Below are positions 21,272 to 29,300 of a stretch of DNA of 64,000 nt, piece by piece. Location of the stretch: positions 1,152,001 through 1,216,000 of the forward strand of contig OY760142.1 of NCBI GenBank assembly GCA_963663225.1, written 5' to 3'. Both the position numbers and the translations under genes were made by a program. Under the pieces are notes generated by a model, which saw only the letters and a program-made list of their open reading frames with translations, did not search any database and was not told the DNA's origin. How positions within the stretch are numbered: the stretch's first letter is position 1; the number at the start of each line of letters is the position of its first letter. This DNA comes from Nitrospirota bacterium. GTDB taxonomy: Bacteria; Nitrospirota; UBA9217.

Positions 21272-22681
21272 CTAAACGTAAACGTCGCGCTTGCCTTCTT
21301 TTACCTTATCGATAAGCTGTTTGGTAAGTTTTTTGTGGACGTCGTCCATGCCTGACTGCAGCGAATCGATGAGCTTTTTGCCGGCAGCAACCGTCTGGGG
21401 CGATGCATAATCGAGAAGATATTCCATAAAAGTGGAGAGGGCATTCGGATCGCAATGGTGCTTGATCTCTCCGGGTTTGGCAAGGTCCATGAAATCCTGG
21501 CCCGTGCGCCCCATCCGGTAACAGGCGGTACAGAAGCTGGGAATAAAACCCATCTCCGAAAGATCTCGCACCACTTCATCCAGGCTGCGGTGGTCGCCGA
21601 GAGAAAACTGCGCGTTTGAGTGGTCTTCCGACTCATATCCGCCCGGGTCCGTGCGGCTGCCTGCGGAAATCTGGCTGATGCCCAGCTGCAGGCATACCTG
21701 ACGAATTTCCGCCCGCTCGCGGGTGGAAAGGATCATCCCGGTGTAGGGCACGGCCAGCCTGATGATTGCTATGATTTTCTTAAAATCCGCATCACTGACC
21801 TCGTAAGGCGGCTTCATGGACAGATCGCTGCCGGCGGCGGGTTCAATGCGGGGCACGCTGATGGTATGAGGACCGCACCCAAAGCGGTCTTCCAGATGTT
21901 TCGCATGCTGCATAAGGGCCAGCACCTCAAAACGCCAGTCCGTCAGTCCAAAAAGCACTCCCAGTCCCACATCATCAATTCCGGCTGTCATGGCCCGGTC
22001 CATGCACCCCAGTCGCCATTCGAAACTTTTCTTTTTGCCTCCCCGGTGCACCTTCTCATAGGTCTGTTTGTGATAGGTTTCCTGGAAGGTAATATACGTA
22101 CCGATCTCAGCGGCTTTCAGGCGCCTGAAATCCTCCACGGAAAGAGGCGCAATTTCGACATTGATCCTCCTGATTTCGCCTGGACCTTCCTTGGTGTTGT
22201 AAACAGTTTTGATTGCATTCAAGACATAATCAAAGCCCTCCTCGGGATATGCTTCCCCGAGCAGCATAACAATGCGTTTCTGGCCGGTGCGGATCATGGC
22301 ACGGGTTTCGGCTGCAATCTCATCATAGGACAGGGTCCGGCGTACAAGACTCTTATTGGACGCCCGGAAGGCGCAGTAGAGGCATTCGTTGCGGCAGAGA
22401 TTCGAAATATACAACGGTGCAAAAAGAACGATCCGTTTGCCGTATATTTCCTCCTTGACTCGTTTGGCCGTATCGAAGAGTTGTTCAAGAAGCTCAGGTG
22501 ATTCGATCTGCATCAGCACCGCCACCTCATCCGGTGTAAGCCCGTTGAGCGTAAGTGCCCGGTCCAGGAGCTCTTTGACCCGGACCGGATCGGGCGCAGC
22601 CGTTCGCAACTGCGCTTCAATACCGGCGGCATCAAGCCAGGCGGTATCGCTTTCTTTTTTATGTTCGGTCGAAATAGTCAT
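21272..22681 (-). CDS. hydG: [FeFe]-hydrogenase maturase HydG
   Basis: CRNECLYC, FQETYH, C-terminal CTAC-x22-C auxiliary cluster motif. Confidence 0.95.
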   Translation of the reverse strand: MTISTEHKKESDTAWLDAAGIEAQLRTAAPDPVRVKELLDRALTLNGLTPDEVAVLMQIESPELLEQLFDTAKRVKEEIYGKRIVLFAPLYISNLCRNECLYCAFRASNKSLVRRTLSYDEIAAETRAMIRTGQKRIVMLLGEAYPEEGFDYVLNAIKTVYNTKEGPGEIRRINVEIAPLSVEDFRRLKAAEIGTYITFQETYHKQTYEKVHRGGKKKSFEWRLGCMDRAMTAGIDDVGLGVLFGLTDWRFEVLALMQHAKHLEDRFGCGPHTISVPRIEPAAGSDLSMKPPYEVSDADFKKIIAIIRLAVPYTGMILSTRERAEIRQVCLQLGISQISAGSRTDPGGYESEDHSNAQFSLGDHRSLDEVVRDLSEMGFIPSFCTACYRMGRTGQDFMDLAKPGEIKHHCDPNALSTFMEYLLDYASPQTVAAGKKLIDSLQSGMDDVHKKLTKQLIDKVKEGKRDVYV

Positions 22682-22859
22682 ACTTTAATTATACCTCTCA
22701 GTCTGATTCCTCATCAAGATTATACTGTCTGTCCAGCAGAGGAAGTTAGGCGAAAAACCATCCCGGAGATTTGTTAAAACCATCAGGAAGGCTGGGAAAA
22801 AGAATGGTTGTTTATATTGCAACGCGGCAGTACGGTTGATTAAACAGAAAAGATGTTCA

Positions 22860-23324
22860 TCACTGAACATGGGCTATTTTATCAAGTACTTTTTGCAAGC
22901 CTTCCGCCGAAAAAATCAGTGCTCTCCATTGTTCTCCGCCAAATGCTTCCGTCTGCCGATCTATCCACTGCAAAAATTTTGATGGCTCTCCGAATACTTC
23001 AATTCCCTTCAACATGGCGATCTTAATCCGTATTTTGTATATCGGTTTTGCTTCATCGGGAACTACGTTCTCAATTGTGGCCAGCTCCATATTCATCTTT
23101 TTACTGAAATCATCGCATTGGCTGTATTCCGGAGTTTCCACGAGCGTAGCGATGTGGTGTCCGAGATTTGCGTCATTATGCAGGCGAACGATATTTGCGA
23201 TATCCTGCATAATCTCAAGTTTTCTGCTGATAATATCCTTCATGCTCTTTTTCCCTATAGAAAACGGCTGAATATTCTGAATCTCCGGATCTTTATTATA
23301 CTGCTGCATTTCAATTTTAAGCAA
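22860..23324 (-). CDS. Protein with Xre/MbcA/ParS antitoxin-like C-terminal region
   Basis: GIEVFG....F.QW......FGG...L.....G...V pattern; start uncertain. Confidence 0.5.
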   Translation of the reverse strand: MLKIEMQQYNKDPEIQNIQPFSIGKKSMKDIISRKLEIMQDIANIVRLHNDANLGHHIATLVETPEYSQCDDFSKKMNMELATIENVVPDEAKPIYKIRIKIAMLKGIEVFGEPSKFLQWIDRQTEAFGGEQWRALIFSAEGLQKVLDKIAHVQ

Positions 23325-23406
23325 GAGTTTTATTAATACTAAGTATACATGATAACCGGGGAAGGTGGGATATGATCTGCATCATACGATCAGGTGTGAA
23401 TGAACA

Positions 23407-25497
23407 TCATCTTACTTCAAAGGATATTTGATCAGCTATAGTTCCTGTTGGGGCAATAAGATACAATTGATGCGTACCGGGCGACGGTTTCCAGGATCCG
23501 TCTGCAGCCGAACCGAGCGTTATTTCGTCGATTTTGAGGCTGAACAGTGGATCTGACGTCGATATTTTAAAATAAACCCTCTGAAGATCGGGTGGGATAT
23601 CGGGGTCTATCGCAATTATCATATTCGGCGCGGGATACGTAATCTTCGGGTTGGCGTCTGTCGTGGTCGGATGGAGAGCATCCGTTTCGGTGCCTGCAAT
23701 AAAATACTCGCGTTTTGTAGTAATGAGGCCTTCGCTCTCGATCCTCACGGGCTTAACTATTATTTTTTGAGGCAATGCAGGCTCGTGACTGGTGGCGGCA
23801 TGATGAAGGTAATTCATGATCTCCAGCCAGACAGGTGCCGCGCCGCTCACGCCGGACACGTTCCACATGGAAGCTCCGGAAAAATTTCCAACCCACACGC
23901 CGACTGTATACTGTTCAGAATACCCTATACACCAGTTGTCGCGCATGTCTTTGCTTGTTCCGGTTTTTACCGCTGTCCAGAAACGCGTTCCAAGCGGGCT
24001 TTCGAGACTGAATGTAGCGCTCCGCGCCTCGCGGTCCGAAAGAATACTGGAAACAATGAAGGCGGCTTCCGGAGAAAGTACGCGTTTGCGGACACCCGTT
24101 TTTTCTTCATGCGAGTTGCGCAGCTTGCTCCACACGCCGTTATTCGCAAGTGCACGATAGGCATTCACCAATTCCCAGAGCGTAACGTCGGCGGTGCCGA
24201 GTGCAAGAGACGGCCCGTAGTCCAGCGGGTCTTTCAGATTGCTGAAACCGAATTCGTACAACTTTGCTGCAAACGCGTTGACGCTGACGAGGCCCGCTGT
24301 CCGGACCGCCGGTATATTAAGCGATGACGCAAGCGCTGTCCTGGCGGAGACGAGACCTTTGAACTTTTTATCGTAGTTTTCAGGGCGGTACACGCCGCGT
24401 TCGGTGGGAACATCCAGCGGTGTATCCTCGATCAATGATGCGGCGGTAATAATTTTTTTCTCGATCGCGAGACCGTAAAGAAACGGCTTGAGCGTTGATC
24501 CCGCCTGTCTGTGTGCCTGTATGCCATCCACGTATCCTGCCGACGAACTTTTTCCAACATTACCAACATAGGCAAGAACATCCCCGCTCCTGTTGTCAAC
24601 AATGAGCGCGGCCCCGTCCTGCACATTCTGATTCGCAAGATGCATGATTGCCTGCCGGAGTATTTCACCGGTAAAACGCTGCAGGCGGATGTCAAGCGTC
24701 GATGTTGCCTTTGTATTCCTTTCGTGCAGCAACATCCGCGCCATGTGCGGCGCGAGATCGATTTTTTTCCGGACAGCATAGGGTCTGGACAATACGGCAA
24801 CTGCTCGCTGTTGTATTTTTTCTTGCGGAATTGTGCTCCCAAGCAATGCGGCAAGCGATACGGCTCGCTCCCCCGCTTTTTCGGGAGCAGCATTGGGAGC
24901 CCTGATCAGAACCGCGAGGATTGCTGATTCGACTTCGTCCAATCCGTTCGGATTTTTATCAAATAGTCCTCGCGACGCAGCCGCGATCCCCTGTAGTTCT
25001 CCCCGGAAACTTACGAGATTGAAATACGCCTCCAGGATCTGGTCCTTTGTCCAGGTTTTTTCGATTTCCTGCGCGGTCTTAATCTGTTCCCACTTTTGGC
25101 CGACGGTCCGTTGTGGTGATTTTTTTTTCAGCTTATTATCAAGAAACGACGCAAGCTGCATGGTAATCGTGCTTGCACCACGCCGACCGCTGCCGAGCAC
25201 ACTGCCGACGGCGGCGGAGGCAAGGGCCTGCCAGTCCGCGCCGTGGTGATCATAAAATCGCTTGTCCTCTGAGCGGATAACCGCCTTCACGAGGGCAGGG
25301 GAAATATCCGGAAGAGTCACCCATTCGAGTTTTCGGGCGTGCAAATCAATACGCAGCTCGTGAATCACCTCCCCATGCCGATCGAGAAGAACAGCGTCAG
25401 AAGCTTGGTACGAGGCCTTGATGGCGGGAAAAGAAGGTGCGGCAAAAGCATTCCCCTGTGCGAGGCATATTACAATTATAATGAAGAACTGTTTCAT
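23407..25497 (-). CDS. pbpC: Penicillin-binding protein 1C
   Basis: EDKRFY.H, GASTITMQ, STLK, SLN, KTGT; downstream of alpha-2-macroglobulin. Confidence 0.93.
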   Translation of the reverse strand: MKQFFIIIVICLAQGNAFAAPSFPAIKASYQASDAVLLDRHGEVIHELRIDLHARKLEWVTLPDISPALVKAVIRSEDKRFYDHHGADWQALASAAVGSVLGSGRRGASTITMQLASFLDNKLKKKSPQRTVGQKWEQIKTAQEIEKTWTKDQILEAYFNLVSFRGELQGIAAASRGLFDKNPNGLDEVESAILAVLIRAPNAAPEKAGERAVSLAALLGSTIPQEKIQQRAVAVLSRPYAVRKKIDLAPHMARMLLHERNTKATSTLDIRLQRFTGEILRQAIMHLANQNVQDGAALIVDNRSGDVLAYVGNVGKSSSAGYVDGIQAHRQAGSTLKPFLYGLAIEKKIITAASLIEDTPLDVPTERGVYRPENYDKKFKGLVSARTALASSLNIPAVRTAGLVSVNAFAAKLYEFGFSNLKDPLDYGPSLALGTADVTLWELVNAYRALANNGVWSKLRNSHEEKTGVRKRVLSPEAAFIVSSILSDREARSATFSLESPLGTRFWTAVKTGTSKDMRDNWCIGYSEQYTVGVWVGNFSGASMWNVSGVSGAAPVWLEIMNYLHHAATSHEPALPQKIIVKPVRIESEGLITTKREYFIAGTETDALHPTTTDANPKITYPAPNMIIAIDPDIPPDLQRVYFKISTSDPLFSLKIDEITLGSAADGSWKPSPGTHQLYLIAPTGTIADQISFEVR

Positions 25498-25501
25498 GGG
25501 T

Positions 25502-26317
25502 CTATTTTCCAAAGATCTGAGAAACTCTCTGAAAATCCGGATAGTTGATATGAATGATAATCGCTCCAAGGAAAACAAACAACAGAATGATCACGAAGGG
25601 TTTCCAAGTGGTCCAAATGACACTGCCTTTCCAGTCGGAATTACTGATTTTTTTCGTACTTTTTATAAGACCTGCCGTAAGTAAAAAATTAAAGGCCGCT
25701 TCACTCAGGATAACTGGGGCGTTGTAAACTATATACAGTCCTGCACCAAAAACAACTGCCAGCAACAGCCCCAGAAGAGCAAGGATGACCCCTGCTTCTT
25801 CTGTATCAAAAATTCCCGATATCGCCTTTCCTGATACGTCGCCACCTGCTTTTTCAACTCCCTGCACACTGCCGATTGCAGCCTCTTGTGCAGCAATATC
25901 ATTATTGCAGGCTGCTCCGCTCTCAAACGAACCGGACGAACCGCCTCCTCCGGACAATCCTCCTTTTCCTCCGTAAAAAGTTCCTCGGCTTTGGATGTTC
26001 TCTACAGCTCCGGAAGAATCCGGAATAACATTGCAAACATTCGACACCGCATCGTTGACATTGTGACCGTTCGGCTTTCCTGTTGGTAACACATACATCA
26101 GCCACAATCTCATAAATCCAAAAAATGCACCATAGGAAATAATGACCGCCAGAGGATACCTGATAGCAATATTATTTATGTTCAAGACAAGCAGAATTTT
26201 AGACGCAATCAGGCCGATAAGCGCAGTCCCCGCGAGAATCAGCGACATGTGAATGTGGAGAAAAAATCGTTTTCCCAACATACTGCTGAAATATTTTTTT
26301 CCTGCAGAAATATCCAT
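25502..26317 (-). CDS. Uncharacterised membrane protein with Gly-rich loop
   Basis: 2 N-terminal TM, GGKGGLSGGGGSSG, 2-3 C-terminal TM. Confidence 0.7.
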   Translation of the reverse strand: MDISAGKKYFSSMLGKRFFLHIHMSLILAGTALIGLIASKILLVLNINNIAIRYPLAVIISYGAFFGFMRLWLMYVLPTGKPNGHNVNDAVSNVCNVIPDSSGAVENIQSRGTFYGGKGGLSGGGGSSGSFESGAACNNDIAAQEAAIGSVQGVEKAGGDVSGKAISGIFDTEEAGVILALLGLLLAVVFGAGLYIVYNAPVILSEAAFNFLLTAGLIKSTKKISNSDWKGSVIWTTWKPFVIILLFVFLGAIIIHINYPDFQRVSQIFGK

Positions 26318-26396
26318 TATTTAATGATGCAACCGGGAACAGGCCAAGATTGCAAAATCAAATGATCGTTCGCGCAAAATCATGTTTTGTTCGAGG

Positions 26397-29300
26397 TCAC
26401 TGCCCTATTTCCATCTTTTTGTTCGGTATTTCCCCAAACAGTTCCGGAGAATACAACGCCTCAACGCGAGTCTCGGGAAGTTCAAATGTGCCGCTTGTGT
26501 TCAGGCGTACCGTGTACTCAAGCGACCACTTGCCTTTTGACACATATTCATAATATGCGCGATAGGCCGTAAAAGTCCGCTCGGTAAACACGGGCCATGC
26601 CATGCCGTTTTTTGTTTCATCCTTTGTCAATATCTTCGAATCTCCACCCAGGCCGCTTCCGAGAATAGCTGCACCTGCCGGTATCGGATCGTTCACAGCG
26701 ACCCAGGTCATGTCTGCCTGGGATTCGATATCAAGCCTCACGCGCAGGACATCTCCGCGCGACCACCTGCCTTTGTGCTTCTGCTCGATGGGCAGTAAGC
26801 TCTTTCTTATCGTGTACCCGCTTGAGAACGGTTCTTTTGTCGGTATCGCGGCAATGCTCTGGATTGTTGCCCATGGTTTCCCCGTGCCCTGGTGCGCGAT
26901 GGCAAGCTCGGTCTTTTTTTGCGGCCAGCCGAAGATTACACCTGAGCCTTCGGCGGCAGTCTTCCAGTTGACGCTTTTTGTGTTGGCATCAAGTGTGCCT
27001 GACGAAATGCCCGTGACCGGTGCGGACTCAAATTTTTTCGAGAATTTTTCCATGGCAAGAACACCCCACGCATTGGCTGTGGTCGTGTTCCATGCACCGT
27101 GATGCTGCCTCCCCATTGCGCCGCGAACCAGCCTCGGCATATCCTCGTTCCACTGGTCATGGTCGAGGAAAGTCAAAACGGTCTTGACTGCATTCACGTC
27201 TGCGGAAATCATGAGCCACCACAAATAATCCGATTTTTCAGTTGAGAAACCCATTGTGGTGCCCTGGAAGTTCAGGCGTGAACGGATGATCTGCTCTGCT
27301 TCCTTCATCTTTGCGTCGCGTTCCGGCATGTTCTGTCCGCGCATTAGAACGTTCATCCAGTCAAGGACGGCGGACGTTGGCCAGAGGTTCGGTTCGAGAG
27401 TAATGGAGCCCAGGAGCCTCGGCTCTGCTTTGTTATAGCGGGAAAGTGCTTCGAGCGCAGCCAACTTCCTGATCGAAACGTCCGCAGTCGGAATCGAGGA
27501 CCAACGCACGACTTTGCCTTCAATGAATCCGCGCAAACCCGTGAGCAGTCTGTTTTTTAAGTCGGCCGGAATCTCCCAGCCTGCTTCGTTCGATACGGAA
27601 AGCAGGTACGCGGTGAGCGTGTCGCTGCCGACTGAACAGGTGGGGAAGTATTTCACCAGGCCGTCCGGATCGAGATACGCGGGGAGGTCTGCGGTCACGC
27701 TTTTCCAGAGCGATGCGTCGCGCAGGGCAATGGCGCGTGAAACTTTCTGCTCCATACAGGTATAGGGGTAGTTTTTCATATACCAGGTCACCCCGCCCAT
27801 TCCGTTCGAAAGCTTTTTCCGGAATGAGACATATATACCGCCTTTGGCCGGGAACGCATCTCTTGGTTTTTCTATTGCCAGCGACTGTGGTTTTTCAATC
27901 TGTGTGATTGTCGCCTGCAAAACCTTCGGCTGAATCGTTTCCGCGATTTTTTGCGTAATCCTGAGTTTGTCGATTGCAGGGCCGTTTTTCTCTTTTGCAG
28001 CAACGCTCCAGACAACTGACTCGATATTCATCGGCACGGCCGCGTCCCAGAAAAGCTCTCGCGCCTCTCCTGCTGCAAGCCTTTCGGTTTTCAGGTCCGG
28101 CTTGACTGAGGCATTTTTTACCGAGGCGGAAATTTCAACATCCATGCTCCGTTCCGAAGCGTTCCGAATCGTAAATCCTGCCCGGTATCGGTCTCCCTCC
28201 CGAAGTACCGGCGGCAAGCCCGAGAGAAGCATAAGGTCCTGAGTTGTCCGAATCGATGTCTCCCCGCTTCCGAACAACCCTGCCTCGGCGTTCGCCACAG
28301 CAACAATACGGAAACTTGTGAGCGAGTCATTGAGAGGAATTTCGACTGATGCTTCGCCGTTCTCGTTCAGCTTTACTCGGCCCTTCCAGAGAAGCAGCGT
28401 ATCGAACATTTCACGGGTGGTTGTTTTCCCCCCTCCACCGCCCGCCGGATAGGCTTTCAAGCCGTAATGCCGTTTACCTACAACCTGCATCTGTGCTGTA
28501 GCGGTATGCACTTCGTACCCGCGGCGGCCCATCATGCCATCCAGGAGCTTCCAGCTTTTGTTCGGCATCAGCTCCAGGAGCCCTTCATCCACGGCGGCGA
28601 CGGCCAGCTCGGTGTTCTTCGGAGGCCACGGATTGTTCTTGTCGCGGGTGCGCACTTTGATCCTGACCTTTGCTTTGTCTCGAGTATGGTAGACTTGTTT
28701 CTCCGGCGTCAGAAAGACTCTCAGCTCATGCGACCGCCAGCCAACGTTGACCTCCGCTATCCCGAGCTTATATGCGGGTCTGCCGAGGTCCACCAATGCA
28801 GTCGGCTTTGGCTCACCAAGCCGGCCGCGGACGCACAACACTGATACGAACACATTCGGCGCGTAGTTTCCCTTCATCGGCACATCAATGACCGGCATTT
28901 TTCCGGAGAGCTTTTTGATGGTGGCTTCCATCACGCCCTCGCGCTCCACGGTTACGAGAGCGGTTGCTTCGCGGAATGGCATTCTGACCTGAAACCGCGC
29001 GGTTTCACCCGGCTCGTACTGCTTCTGCTCGGGCAACAAATCGATCCGGTCATTGTCCGTAACGTCGAACCACCACTCGCTTTTGTCCGCAATCCAGATG
29101 TCGCGATTGGCTATTGATTCATTGCCGTTGTTGTCTGTTGTGCGCGCCTGGATAATAACGTTCCCGGACACCGGAGAGCTGGAGTCGCAGAAGAGCAGTC
29201 CTTTCGCATCCGTCCTGCCTTCACATATCTGCTTGATTTTTTTTATTTCCGTGGAATGTTCATACGCGTAAAAACCGCCGATCAGCCGTTTGCGGTGAGA

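Noticed and set aside
22688-22717. TTGATG-18-TATAAT that would make hydG leaderless
   Set aside because: Overlaps a plausible SD (GAGAGG); weak -35; cannot be distinguished from chance
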